Shown here: piece by piece, positions 17,371 to 32,442 of the stretch | Layout of the letters: every line of letters begins with the position of its first letter | Position numbering within the stretch: the stretch's first letter is position 1 | Source of the DNA: Eledone cirrhosa | Taxonomy: Eukaryota | Direction of reading: 5' to 3' | DNA length: 64,000 nucleotides | NCBI GenBank assembly: GCA_964016885.1 | Contig: OZ024763.1 | Coordinates: forward strand, 21,204,001-21,268,000 | The notes under the pieces: generated by a model | Databases searched by the model: none | Told to the model about the DNA's origin: nothing | Seen by the model: the letters and a program-made list of their open reading frames with translations, nothing else | Position numbers and translations under genes: made by a program

Positions 17371-17742
17371 CGTACGTACATACGTACGTAAATACATACA
17401 TACATACATACATATATACATACATAGATACATACATACATAGATACATACATACATAGATACATACATACATACCTGTCTGTCTGTATGTGTAAGGATA
17501 CACAAATAATTCAATAAAGTATTTCATGTCTGCAATTACACCAGGTAGTTTGTTTGTTTGCATCCCCATCCCTCAATTCACTCACCCACCCCAGCTCAAC
17601 TTTCCAGTCTTTTGTTATTTTTCTAAGGACTAAAGTGGAACATACAGACAGACCAAGAGTTTCTGCTAAGATTAAACAAGCAGCTAACAACTATATATAT
17701 GTATATATATATATGTATATATATATATATGTATATATACAA

Positions 17743-17800
<58 letters not shown>

Positions 17801-18313
17801 ATATATATAAAGAGAGAATCAATTACTAAAAATAATGCTCACATTGTTATCTCCCTTCTTTGTGGTTACCTCTTCAATTTAGAAATCAATGTACTCATTG
17901 TATAGCTTTTATTATTTTTTTAAAAGCAAACAACAAATGAAAATGGCTTCTAATGATGAGTCCTGTTTTTCTCTTTCACAAGCTATTATTTAATCCTTGG
18001 AGTTATTTTTAAAATCTATCTATTCTCTGTATTTTTTCTTTATGATTCTAAGTATTAGGAAAGTCTCCTGCATGCATTTGATATATATACATGCACACAC
18101 ATATATGTATGTGTGTGTGTGTAGATATATATATTAAGATATAATATGTAGGTATTTGTATGTGCATTATAAAGGACATGTATAAGATTTGTTATTATAT
18201 GCACACTAAATATGCACATATATATATGTAGGAGGTGAGTTTTATTGTAGTACAATAAAGCAATGCAGATATCGGATAAGAAGCACTCTACAGTTTGTGG
18301 GACTGGAGTATGC

Positions 18314-18648
18314 ATAATATAAGATCAAAAGATGGTTAAAGGAGTTCAATATATTTTATTATGCGCATTTCAAAAACAAACATCATCAAACAATAATATT
18401 TGTGTTTTCATCAGATAAAACAGGAGAACATGATATGAAGGCTAAAAAAAACACTTGTTGATAGTGTAGTTTTAAATCAACATGATATGTTGATTTAAAA
18501 CTGCACTATCAACAAGTGTTTTTTTTAGCCTTCATATCATGTTCTCCTGTTTTATCTGATGAAAACACAAATATTATTGTTTGATGATGTTTGTTTTTGA
18601 AATGCGCATAATAAAATATATTGAACTCCTTTAACCATCTTTTGATCT

Positions 18649-18656
<8 letters not shown>
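18314..18656. repeat. Near-perfect palindrome (170-bp arms, 3-nt loop)
   Basis: Centre at 18485 (CAT-GAT-ATG); only one mismatch seen between the arms. Confidence 0.95.
18550..18616 (+). ncRNA. Type I hammerhead ribozyme motif (mirror copy at 18354-18420 on the minus strand)
   Basis: TTTTAT-CTGATGA-stem II-GAAA-TGCGCA-TA-ATAAAA; helix III is palindromic (ATGCGCAT). Confidence 0.7.
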
Positions 18657-18686
<30 letters not shown>

Positions 18687-18718
18687 TTATATACACACAC
18701 ACACATACATGTATATAT

Positions 18719-18719
<1 letters not shown>

Positions 18720-18749
<30 letters not shown>

Positions 18750-19116
18750 CCGTTTTACGTCCGTTCTTCCATGCTAGCATGGGTTAGACGGGTTGTCCTG
18801 TTGTGGGCAGTGTCTGGTCGACTGACCATACCTTGCTCATACAGGAACTGATTTGGCTTGATGTTTACAGCTGGATGCCCTTCCTAACACCAACCTCATT
18901 TACAGTGAGTGCTGGGTGCTTTTTCGTGGTGCCTACATGTCCACTTTACAGTGTGGGCTGGGTGCTTTTTTGCCGTGGCACCTCCACGACCACCTTGCAG
19001 TGGGGCGTGTGGGCGCATATTGTCTATATGCTTCAGTTTGTACCCATGGGAGGTCGGGTACTCTATTACTGCGTGACGCCAGAGGTCACGGTCGTGTGTC
19101 ATTGCCTTTGAGAGGT
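18720..19116 (-). mobile_element. RTE family 1 3' end
   Basis: Matches 2224-2613. Confidence 0.88.
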
Positions 19117-20833
<1,717 letters not shown>

Positions 20834-21248
20834 GAAGGCACATGGCTTAGTGGTTTGAGCATTGGGCTTGCAATCGAAAGGTTGTGAGTTCAATTCTCGG
20901 ACTGGGTGATGTGTTGTTTCCTTGAGCAAGACACTTTATTTCACATTGCTCCAGTTTACTCAGCTGTAGAAATGAGATGATAGGACTGGGGTCCCTATCA
21001 TTCTACTGCAAAGTGGTCGTGGAGGTGCCACGCCAAAAAAGGACCCAGCTCACACTCTAAAGTGGACATGTAGGCACCATGGAAAAAAGCACCCAGCACT
21101 CACTGTAAATGAGGTTAGTGTTAGAAATCAAGCCAGAATCAGTTCCCGTATGAGCAAGACAAGGTCAGCCGATCGAACCCGCAACAGGACAACCCGTCTA
21201 ACCCATGCTAGCCTGGAAGAAAGAACATAAAATGGTGATGATGATGAT
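20834..21248 (+). mobile_element. SINE family A with family-1-type tail
   Basis: Full tRNA head and core; tail ACCCGTCTAACCCATGCTAGC. Confidence 0.85.
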
Positions 21249-21450
21249 ATATATAATGAAGGAGAGAAGAAAAACATGGATAAACTATACAGTAGGGTTT
21301 ATTCCAAGCATTAACAAATGTTTCAATGGCCCGGTGTGTCTACAAATCACTATCAGCAGTGTTGCTTTGACTTTCGATTTTAAGTACCGTTATCACCAGC
21401 CAAATTATCAAAATACTAGATACAACATATTTACACTGGGGTGTACAGAT

Positions 21451-21836
21451 AATTGTTTCTACTTTTGGCACAAGGCCAGCAATTATACCAGTGTATTACT
21501 GGTGCTTTATTTTATCGACCCTATAAGGATGAAAGGCAAAGTTAACCTCAGCAGGACTTGAACACATACCATAAAGGGCCGTAACTCTGTGCTGCAAAGC
21601 ATGGCATCTGACATTCTACCGATACTGCCAATCCACCGATAATAATAATAATAATAATAATTGTTTCTACTTTTGGCACAAGGCCAGCAATTATCCCAGT
21701 GGTACTTTATTTTATTGAGCCCGTAAGGATGAAAGGCAAAGCTAACCTCGGCGGGATCTGAACTCAGAATGGCAAGGGCCGTAACTCAATGCGTCAAAGC
21801 ATGGCGTCCGACCCTCTACCGATACTGCCAATCCAT
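21451..21836 (-). mobile_element. Two tandem SINE family B copies
   Basis: Both match 16700-16886 and are separated by (AAT)n. Confidence 0.85.
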
Positions 21837-22068
21837 GACATGAAAAATGTACAGATTACTCATAACCTCTGCTTGGATTACCTTATAGAATACCTCGTTT
21901 TATATATATATATAATCATCATCATCATCCATCTTCCACACTAGCATGGGTCCATTTGATGATATATATATAAAGAAATGACAACACAAAGACAGAGATG
22001 CAAAAAATATAAACACAATATCTTATTAGTATCATGCTTTGGAGGACTGGAGGAATTTATATATGCAT

Positions 22069-22099
<31 letters not shown>

Positions 22100-23084
22100 T
22101 GAATTATATAAACATTTTTTCATGTTTGATTCACCCTCTTTTACTTAACAAAGATAATACAAATTATATTTTTTTCAGCATATTTTACAATACAGTTATA
22201 TGTATTTGTGTGTATAGAGGAAGGATACATTGTACATCGTTGTCAATGTTTTTTACAGTAGGACTTTCTAAAGCATCTTCTGGAACCACAGATTTGTATA
22301 AGCTGTTGTTGTTGTTGTTGTTGTTGTCATCCTAGAAGTGATTCAATTAAGGCATTATATCAGATCTAAGAGCTTGTTGTTGTTGTTGTTTTTTTTTGTT
22401 TTTCTCTTTAGAATTTGTTAAAAACAACTTGATGAATACATAACATTCCAGAATAGAAATCATAATTTTACCAGCATTTGGAGCATCTCAGGGTCAACTT
22501 CAAAAGTCTTCTGACATTGTCTTTTCTTCTTCTTCTTCTTTTTCTTTTTCTTCTTCTTCTTCTTCTTTGCCTTCTTCTTCTTTGCCTTCTTCTTCTTCTG
22601 TCAGCATCTAAGGTCTTCTGCCACAGTCTAACACCTACTGAGTTCCACAATGTTGAAACTTGTTTAAAGAATCTGTCTGTTCTACTGTATTATCAATATA
22701 TTGCTCCAGTGACCCACTGAGAAAGTCTGGCTCAACTAAAATGTGTTCTGAAGCAGTTTGATTCAGTGTTAATATGTTTTTGTAGAGAAAAATATCATGG
22801 CTTGGTTTTTTTTTTATTTCCTTCTTTGTAGCTTAATACGGGATCCACTGAAGTCTATGTAATAATTAATGTTATTTTCCTGTCCAGGTTCACTATAGAA
22901 TACTTTAGTTGGAGGTTGGCAGGCGGCCATTTGCAATAAAAACCAACACGTTTGCACTTGTGTTTTAATGCTTCAAATGCTGATGTTGGATTTTTAGCTG
23001 AATAAAATGATTGATTTGATTTACGGCAGTTGTTTCTCGTTACAACTCTATGCCATAAACATATACATGCCAGCATAGACAATG

Positions 23085-23510
23085 TCATGAGTTCGATTCC
23101 TGGACTGGGCTGTGTGTTGTGTTCTTGAGTAAAAATATTTTACTTCATGTTGCTCCAGTATACTCAGCTGAAAAAAAGTACTAGTGATACTTGGGGGTTT
23201 AACTCTGTGATGGACTAGTGTACTGTCACTTAATGTCATGAAAACTGAGATAAACACCAGTCTGATGATCCTCTGGGCTTGAGATAGGCTTTAACTCTGT
23301 GATGGACTGGTGTCCTGTCCAGGGGTGAGTCTTGTACTCTCAGTCACTTCATACCATGGAAACTGGGATAAGGACAAGGCTGACTTTAACCCTGTGTTGG
23401 ACTGGTGTCCTATCCAGGGGGGAAGTCTTGTACTCTCAGTTACTTCACATCATGGAAACTGGGATAAGCACTGTCCGGACGAGCCTCTGGACTCGAGGCA
23501 GATTTTAGAC
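23085..23510 (+). mobile_element. SINE (family C) with triplicated 3' module
   Basis: B box, core GTGTTCTTGAGTAAAA...TTGCTCCAG, then three copies of G(A/T)TGGACT(G/A)GTG...GAAACTG(G/A)GATAA. Confidence 0.7.
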
Positions 23511-23910
23511 TTAGATGCATATGTACATGCATACTTTCTCTCTCCCTCTTCCCCCTATCTCTCTCTCTGTCTCTTCCCTCTCCCCCAACTGCATCTCTCA
23601 TTCTTATACACAGACATTCACATACAAACACACACGCATACATACATACACCTACACACACATACACACACACATACATACACAATTCAATCTTTTTTTG
23701 TCAGTTGGAAAGATTTGTTGCCAAGTAGTTTAACTCTGTTGCCATTGATTTAGTTTGATTTGTTGATGAAGTGATATTTATCAAGGAAGCTGATCTAATA
23801 TTGTTGTTATTGTGATGCCTTCATCTTGATTAAAACATGACAAGGTTTCATTTTACAGGAGAATTATGTTTGACGATGTGTACATGTTTAGATGCACCGT
23901 AAATATATAT

Positions 23911-24060
23911 ATCATCATCATCATTTTACGTCCGCTTTTCCCTGCTTGCAAGGGTGGGACAGGAACTGATTCTGGCTTGATTTCTACAGCTGGATGCCCT
24001 TCCTAACACCAACGTCATTTACAGTGAGTGATGGGTGCTTTTTTCCATGGTGCCTACATA
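23911..24060 (-). mobile_element. SINE A 3' half
   Basis: Matches 150-270. Confidence 0.8.
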
Positions 24061-24562
24061 AATTGGGTGTTGAGTTCTAGTCTATTATTGATTGGTGGTT
24101 GTGTTTTGTCTATATTAGTGCTTCCTTAATTCTAAGATTGCCGAGGTTTCTTTCCTTAGTTTCTATCCTAACTGTTATGGTTTTGTCGGTGTTTTTGCAT
24201 TTATCTAGGTGTTTCTTAAATGAGGAAGCGTTAGTATTGAGGTGTTCTTTTATTCTTATGTGGAGTGGTCTGGGGGTGCTACCTACGTAGAAGTTGCTGC
24301 ATTTGTCACACTCTAGTCTGTATACGACGTAAGCCTGGTGGCATAGGTCTGTGTCATTGATGGGGCAGTTGGCTAGCCTGCAGCAGTTGGAGTGTCTTTT
24401 GGTTAGCTGTCCACGTAGAGAAGGACCTGAGTGGGCCAGTTGGATATCTACTCCCTCTCGTCTGATAGCTCTGCGGATGGCTGTTGTTGTTTCGTCACTG
24501 AAGTGTGGGAGCTTCAGGAAGCAAGTGTTAGTGCCTCGGGTGTGGTGTCCTCTGTTCTTTCT
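24061..24562 (-). pseudogene. Penelope-like element GIY-YIG endonuclease fragment
   Basis: LKLPHFSD...C..C....LC...VVYRLECDKCSNFYVGSTPRPLHIRIKEH...LRIKEALI, with a frameshift before PPINNRLE. Confidence 0.88.
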
Positions 24563-24589
24563 TATATATATATATATATATATATATAT

Positions 24590-24773
24590 AACAAAGGAAT
24601 TGTGGTAAGGAACCAGATGGACCATAACGCACCAGAGTACTCAATACTTAGGGTAGTAGAGTGGGAAATAGGAAAAAGTATGACCCCAACGGCAGAGCTC
24701 AAGCCGTTTCTATGTCCAGAAATAACCGTCGAAATGGCTTGAGCTCTGCCGTCGGGGTCATACTTTTTCCTAT
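24590..24773. mobile_element. Penelope-like terminal repeat fragment with a 43-bp inverted repeat
   Basis: Arms 24668-24710 and 24731-24773; GAAA-TGGC-ttgagctct-GCCG-TC-GGGG is the 3' half of an HHR. Relatives at 12660, 34021 and 36675. Confidence 0.6.
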
Positions 24774-24886
24774 ATATATATATATATATATATGTTCAGA
24801 GAGAGAGACACCACCACTATACATACAGAGGGAGAGAGAGACACCACCACTATACATACAGAGGGAGAGAGACACCACCACTATAT

Positions 24887-24922
<36 letters not shown>

Positions 24923-24956
24923 CCATTATATATTCAGAAAAAGACATTACCACTAT

Positions 24957-25033
<77 letters not shown>

Positions 25034-25732
25034 GAGAGAGCCATTACCACTATACATATATATATATATACAGAGAGAGAGACATTACCATTACATATAC
25101 ACTAACATATTTGTAGCCTTTCTAATTTTTGATCTTGACTAAACTGAGAGCTGTACATTATGGACCATTTCCAAAATAAAAATAAAAAAAAACTCTTTCC
25201 TTCAACTTCATCAAGCCTGACAATACAACCTGTTGTTCCCTTGAGTCTAAAGTGAAGTCTTTTGTCTACTTTAACTCATAGTTTAATCTACCATTACAAC
25301 AAAAAAAAAAAGAGGGGGGGTTCCATCAATTTCTCTTTCCATTTCCAGAGATCACATAGGTTTCTTCCTTTTATAATCCTCTCTCATGCGAGACTACAAA
25401 GTATTTTCTTATTTGGGAAAGGACAAAAATCACAAAAGGGAAAAAAAAAAAAAAAGAAAAGACATACCACCCACTCACTTCCGCCACCAAAAAACCCCCG
25501 CAAAAAAAAAACAAACAAAATACAAAATAACAAAAAGTCTACGACCACAACAAGAACAAACGTAATGAACAATAAAACCCTTACTTTGAACACCTCTGCC
25601 TTTCCTTTAATACTATAGCAGGTGTGGGACTTCATACTGCTGAATCATTATATATATACATACATGTATATATATATACATACGTGTGTGTGCATATATA
25701 TATGTGTGTGTGTGTGTGTATTTGTATGTATG

Positions 25733-25782
<50 letters not shown>

Positions 25783-26251
25783 TACATACATACAAATACA
25801 CACACATATACACACACACAGTCTATTTATCTTTCCATTTTTTAAAACTTAGTAATACTCTGTGAGTCTGTAATGCCAGCTAACAGCCTATGTATTTATG
25901 TTTCACCAGGGGAATCTAATCTATATCCTTACATCTTATATATATATGTATATAGATATATATGTGTGTGTTTGTGTGTATATATATATATATATATATA
26001 TAGTTAAAAGAATAGAGGTGTAACACACAAGTTATTATATATTGGTAAACGGAATATATATATATATATATACATATATATACATATAATATGTATGTAT
26101 ATATATGTTTGTATGTATATATATGTTTGTATGTGTATATATATATATATATATGTATCTTTACTGAAGCAAGTAGATGAATGCATTAGGCTTGAAAGTA
26201 CGATCACAAGTTCAGAAGTTCAAATATTGTTTTATATATATATATATATAT

Positions 26252-26285
<34 letters not shown>

Positions 26286-26534
26286 GCACACACAATATAT
26301 ATATATATATACACACGCACAATGGCATAGATAAGGCATATTATATATATACACACAACACTATGGCATAGATAAGGCATATTACTCTATCTACCGTAGT
26401 ATGTCTAACAGAAATGTTTAACTATTCTTTCTCTCACCTTCGCGGCTGAGTAATTAACAGGAGGTGAAGGTTGTAATAAATACATAGGCTCTAATAATTC
26501 ATCTGTGAATGTGGTGAAGCTTGTTAAAAATAAA

Positions 26535-26810
26535 TAATTGTTTCTACTTTAGGCACAAGGCCAGCAATTACCCAGTGCATTACTGGTACTTTATTTTAGT
26601 AATGATAGTAATTTTAGTAGTGATAGTAATAATTGTTTCTACGTTAGGCACACGGCCAGCAAATTACTCAGTGCATTACTGGTACTTTATTTTATCGACC
26701 CCGTAAGGATGAAAGGCAAAGTCAACCTCGGCGGGATTTGAACTCAGATCGTAAAGGGACGTAACTATGCTGGAAAGCATGGCGTCCGACCCTCTACCGA
26801 TACTGCCAAT
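26535..26810 (-). mobile_element. SINE family B (partial plus full copy)
   Basis: Matches family B. Confidence 0.85.
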
Positions 26811-26855
26811 ATAAATAATGTTACTCTGTTTTTATGAGAAGAATCTGAGAGTTGT

Positions 26856-27110
26856 GGAGGCATGTGGCCTAGTGGTAAAGGTGTTGGACTTATGATCATA
26901 ATGCCATGGGTTTGATTCCTGGACTGGTTTGCATGTCGTGTTCTTGAGCAAAACATTTCATTTCACGTTGCTCCAGTATACTCAGCTGAAAATGAGTACC
27001 AACAATAGCTATGATGGACTGGTGTCGTGTCCAGGGGGTACGTCTCATACACTCAATCACTTAACGCCATGAAACTGGGATAAACATCGATCGGCCTGAC
27101 GAGCCTTCTA
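26856..27110 (+). mobile_element. SINE family C
   Basis: GGAGGCATGTGGCCTAGTGG head, core, then GATGGACTGGTGTC module. Confidence 0.75.
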
Positions 27111-27242
27111 GTTTAACTCAGACTTGAGAATCTGAAAGCCCCTACATGGTCTTTTGAACTTGCCTGAAATAGCAACTCAAATCACACTCCAGGACCTGCA
27201 CATATATGTACCCATTGTGTCGAAACTGAAGAAAAAGTAACT

Positions 27243-28172
27243 ATTTTTCTTTTTATTGGTGGATTGGCAGTATCAGTAGAGCTTCCATTTTTCTTTTTAT
27301 TGGTGGATTGGCAGTATCAGTAGAGCTTCCATTTTTCTTTTTATTGGTGGATTGGCAGTATCAGTAGAGCTTCCATTTTTCTTTTTATTGGTGGATTGGC
27401 AGTATCAGTAGAGCTTCCATTTTTCTTTTTATTGGTGGATTGGCAGTATCAGTAGAGCTTCCATTTTTCTTTTTATTGGTGGATTGGCAGTATCAGTAGA
27501 GCTTCCATTTTTCTTTTTATTGGTGGATTGGCAGTATCAGTAGAGCTTCCATTTTTCTTTTTATTGGTGGATTGGCAGTATCAGTAGAGCTTCCATTTTT
27601 CTTTTTATTGGTGGATTGGCAGTATCAGTAGAGCATCCATTTTTCTTTTTATTGGTGGATTGGCAGTATCAGTAGAGCTTCCATTTTTCTTTTTATTGGT
27701 GGATTGGCAGTATCAGTAGAGCATCCATTTTTCTTTTTATTGGTGGATTGGCAGTATCAGTAGAGCATCCATTTTTCTTTTTATTGGTGGATTGGCAGTA
27801 TCAGTAGAGCTTCCATTTTTCTTTTTATTGGTGGATTGGCAGTATCAGTAGAGCTTCCATTTTTCTTTTTATTGGTGGATTGGCAGTATCAGTAGAGCAT
27901 CCATTTTTCTTTTTATTGGTGGATTGGCAGTATCAGTAGAGCTTCCATTTTTCTTTTTATTGGTGGATTGGCAGTATCAGTAGAGCTTCCATTTTTCTTT
28001 TTATTGGTGGATTGGCAGTATCAGTAGAGCATCCATTTTTCTTTTTATTGGTGGATTGGCAGTATCAGTAGAGCATCCATTTTTCTTTTTATTGGTGGAT
28101 TGGCAGTATCAGTAGAGCATCCATTTTTCTTTTTATTGGTGGATTGGCAGTATCAGTAGAGCTTCCATTTTT
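27243..28172. repeat. 44-bp tandem array, 21 copies
   Basis: GGATTGGCAG recurs every 44 bp from 27261 to 28141; one T/A variant site. Confidence 0.97.
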
Positions 28173-28342
28173 ATTTCCAGCCTCCACATATCCTCTACAT
28201 TTATTGTCCTTGTTTCACTTGCTTGCAACACTCCACTTTGCATGCAGACATCATACAGCCGTCTTTTCAATTATAAAGAGAAACCTTTTGTTGTCAACAG
28301 AGACAGTAGTTCTCTGAACTTTTTCTAGCCTGTTCTTATTCT
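28170..28342 (-). pseudogene. Decayed RTE RT fragment
   Basis: RIRTG*KKFRELLSLLTTKGFSL*LKRRLYDVC...SET...EDMWRLE. Confidence 0.75.
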
Positions 28343-28467
28343 TTGTTTGAAAATAAAAAAATATATACTATCATGAAAGGGTTAATAATATTAATGATAT
28401 ATTTCTGTGTTTATGCGTGTATGATTTAAATTATTATTCTTACTAGAAACTTCCATTTTAGTATTTG

Positions 28468-28768
28468 CTGTATATACTCGAATATAAGCCGAGAAATGGG
28501 TAAAAATCTAATCCTTATTTAAGTAGAATCTGAATTAGGTGAAAATTGTCAAAATATTGACCCCAAATATAACCGACTCCTCAAATTTTATGCCTGAGAA
28601 ATAGGAAAAAAACCAAACCTTATTTACGTAGAAATTGAAGTTGCTAAAAATTATTAAAATATATAACCCCAAATATAAATCGACGCCCCCCCCCCCACTC
28701 CCCCGCCCGCTTCAGCCATCGATTTTTTGGTCACATATTCCTCAGATTATATTCAAATATATACTGTA
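28468..28768. mobile_element. pogo/Tc2-like MITE remnant
   Basis: Imperfect TIRs CTGTATATACTCGAATATAAG / TTATATTCAAATATATACTGTA. Confidence 0.55.
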
Positions 28769-29111
28769 TGTGTTCTCAACAAAATCTCCATTACATCTCA
28801 ACATATTTGTATCCTAAAGAAATGACTCCGTTTCTGATTCAAGGCAAATCAATAATTTTATAAAACTGAAATTTATTAAAATTGAAATTTTCAGATAGCG
28901 AAGCCACTGTATAACTAGCTTGTGCGTGATATATATTATAATAAAAACAGAGAATAACTTTATCTCTTCTATGTAGGTTGAAAAACAACAGAATAATGGT
29001 GATAATAAAATTAATAATAATAATAGTAGTAATAATAAAAACTGTAAGTAGGTTATATATCTTTTATACTTAATTAAGTTGCACAGATGAAAGCAAATTG
29101 TTTTTGGTAGC

Positions 29112-29172
29112 AGTGGTGGTGGTGGTGGGGTGATGGTAGTGGGGGTGATTGTGGTGTTGGTGGGGATAGTGG

Positions 29173-29203
<31 letters not shown>

Positions 29204-29625
29204 GATGGTGGTGGTGGTGGTGGTGATGGTGATGGTGATGGTGGTGATGGTGCTGATGATGGCAGTGGTGGTGATGGTGGTAATAATGGTGATGGTGGTG
29301 ATGATGGTGGTGGTGGTGATGGTGCTGATGATGGCAGTAGTGGTGATGGTGGTAATAATGGTGATGGTGGTGGTGGTGGTGGTGATGGTGGTGGTGGTGG
29401 TGGTGGTGATGGTGGTGATGGTGATGGTGGTGGTGGTGCTGATGATGGTGGTGATGGTGGTAATAATGGTGATGATGGTGGTGGTGGTGATGGTGCTGAT
29501 GATGGCAGTGGTGGTGATGGTGGTAATAATGGTGATGGTGGTGGTGGTGGTGGTAGTGGTGGTGGTGATGATGGTGGTGGTAATGGTAGTGGCGATGCTG
29601 ACAATGATGGTGTTAGTGATGGCAG
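29112..29625. repeat. (GGT/GAT)n trinucleotide repeat with internal duplications
   Basis: Visible directly. Confidence 0.95.
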
Positions 29626-29778
29626 TGTTTTGGGAGAATCAGCTTCCCCATTTTATTTTATTTTGAAATGTATATTTTGTTTGTAGATTGTTAATACGAT
29701 GATGGTCTCTTTGACAATCTAGTCTGTGTCTTTGAAGTGAAGACTTCTAAAAGATATGTTTATATATATATATTTTTA

Positions 29779-29810
<32 letters not shown>

Positions 29811-30444
29811 CGTGTGTGTGTGTGTATATGTGTGTGAGTGTGTATATATGTGTGTGTGTCTTTGTGTATCATCATCATCATAATCATCGTTTAACGTCCA
29901 TCTTCCACGCTAGCACGGGTCTGGACGGTGTATATATAAATATATGTCTGTGTGTATATATATATATGTATATACATATGTGCATATATATGTATGTGTG
30001 TGTGTATTCATATGTATATATATATTATGTGCATATATATTATGTATATCATGATGAAGATATATATATATACACAAAATATATATATATATATACACAA
30101 AATAACCCCACACAAAATAACCCTGAAAAATACAAAACCCCCCCCCCCCCCAAAACGCAACAAAATTGCTTGCAGAAATGTCAGTAATATTTTTCATTAG
30201 TTATAGAGGTGCCAAACCTTGAAAAATGCCTTTAATTTGCCAGCTGAGTCACTAGAAGAACACTCTTAGGGTTAGAAATGAATAGAGTTTAAAAGCTGAT
30301 CAAAAGGCAGCATTTAGGAAGTGTTACTTATAATGACGTTGACATCTCACTCATTGTATTTACAGATAACATCACAATATATTGATTGTTTCTAATGTGA
30401 TTTTGCTCTCGTTTCTTTTCCCTTCCTTCTTTATTTAAAATTTT

Positions 30445-30566
<122 letters not shown>

Positions 30567-31192
30567 TGTTTATTTTGTTTGTTTTGTTTGTTTTAATTAT
30601 TATTATTGTTGTTTCCCCTCTTTCGTGCACATTAGTGAGTGTAAGGTCGTTGCTAAATCGATATCATACCTATAATTATATATATAAATATAAATTCAGC
30701 GAGAATCGTATTTCTGCTGGTAGAAAAAGCGAAACGAAACACAAAATTGTAGAAATGCTGGCAAGCGCTCCAATAGTTAAGAAAACTAGAGCTAAACAAT
30801 ATGTTAAAACGCCATACAAACTGAAAAGTGGTCAAGAAGGCATTAACCACCTAAGCCAAAAAACAAATCAAGCTAAACAGGTCAAACAAAATAAATGATA
30901 AAAGCAGACCTGGACCCAAGTGGAATTGATGGTAAAATCCAAATGCAGGGTTTCTATGACACCTAAATCAATAATACTGTCTGCTTAAAACTATAAACTT
31001 TCAGCATAAAGATCAAACAAGGAATATCACGTTATCAACAGGTATTTTGCTCTGTAACCAACTTTTTGAGTGACATATATATATATGTGTGTGTGTGTGT
31101 GTATGTGTATATATATTTATTTATTTGCTTATTTATTTATATAAAAATGCACCTTCATTTTTAACAGGTGGGCATATAAAATTATATATATA

Positions 31193-32247
31193 TAATGTAT
31201 AATTAACAATACAATATAATTAATTCATTACCAGAGGTTTCCCGAATAAGACGAATACAAGAAACGTCCTCATTCGTTCGTCAGACAAGGCAATTTAAAA
31301 CATAGTGAAATATTTGAAAAATCTCCTCAAGAAAAGCAAAAGTTTAACAGGCAAAAAAAATATATATATATAAATAAAAGTAATGCAAGAGATATATAAA
31401 AATAAAAATAAAATAAGGAAATATAGTAAGGGTATGTGTATAAATGTGTGTATATACACCTACAAATGTACATATGTGTATGTACAAATGCATGTGTATA
31501 GTGAAAAAATGTGTGCGTAAGTACATATATATATGTGTGTACGAACCTATGTATGTTTTCTATTCTTTCTAGTGTTACTTTATAATTGATAACCCCCCCC
31601 CCCCCCCCCCCTCTTACTTTCTCTTTGATTTAATTTTTTTTATTCTCATATACTTTTTCATTTTTTCATTTTCATATTTTATAATTTTTATATATGAATC
31701 GACCTTCAGCCTGACACTGCTTTGACTGATACACTCCCTTCCCTGTATATATCACTTGCATGTGTGTGGTTGCGCACGCGTGTGTTTATACACGTGCTTT
31801 CATACTTGTATGTGTATATATTTCAATCCTTAGTCTGTATGTACGTTAACTCTATTATCTTACAATTTTTTCAACATATATTATATACGTATTTGTGGTC
31901 ACACATACACTGATATGCTTGCCCTCATGTATGTACTTACGCACACATTTTTTCACTATACACATGCATTTGTAAATACACACATATGTACATTTGTAGG
32001 TGTATATACACACATTTATACACATACCCTTACTATATTTCCTTATTTTATTTTTATTTTTATATATCTCTTGCATTACTTTTATTTATATATATATTGC
32101 CCGTTAAACTTCTGGTTTGCTTGAGATTTTTCAGATATTTCACTATGTTTTAAATTGCCTTGTCTGACGAGGACGTTTCTTGTATTTGTCTTATTCGGGA
32201 AACCTCTGGTAATGAAGTAATTATATTGCATTGTTTATTATACATTA
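31193..32247. mobile_element. Inverted-repeat element (~330-bp arms, ~400-bp spacer) carrying HHR motifs
   Basis: 31193-31527 is the reverse complement of 31930-32247. Confidence 0.85.
31224..31290 (-). ncRNA. Hammerhead ribozyme motif
   Basis: CTGACGA-aCGAATGAGGACG...CGTCTTATTCGg-GAAA-CC-tct-GG-TA; helix I is weak. Confidence 0.55.
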
Positions 32248-32319
32248 AATTTAGCTCTGTAACTTACATAGAGCACTCTTCACTCCTATGACTTTTTTCA
32301 ATTTTCAATGGAAACTTCA

Positions 32320-32360
<41 letters not shown>

Positions 32361-32442
32361 TGTATCCTGGGTTCAATCAGGGGTGACCACAGTAAATAAG
32401 GTACTCAATACATAGCAGAGTATAAATATTTAATATAGAAAT

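Noticed and set aside
22440-22750. Possible minus-strand exon (QCQKTFEVDPEMLQML|GT; Glu/Arg-rich ORFs)
   Set aside because: Dominated by (CTT)n, with in-frame stops nearby and no recognisable homology.
23859-23898. Candidate 40-bp exon (CAG|...|GTAAAT)
   Set aside because: Splice-like signals only; no partner exons or homology could be identified.
27243-28172. CRISPR-like regular repeats (also 37.7 and 58.9 kb)
   Set aside because: No unique spacers, no cas genes, eukaryotic context; these are plain tandem arrays.
29074-29666. Pro-rich extensin-like / Val-Met ORFs
   Set aside because: Product of a (GGT/GAT)n repeat, with no splice or domain support.
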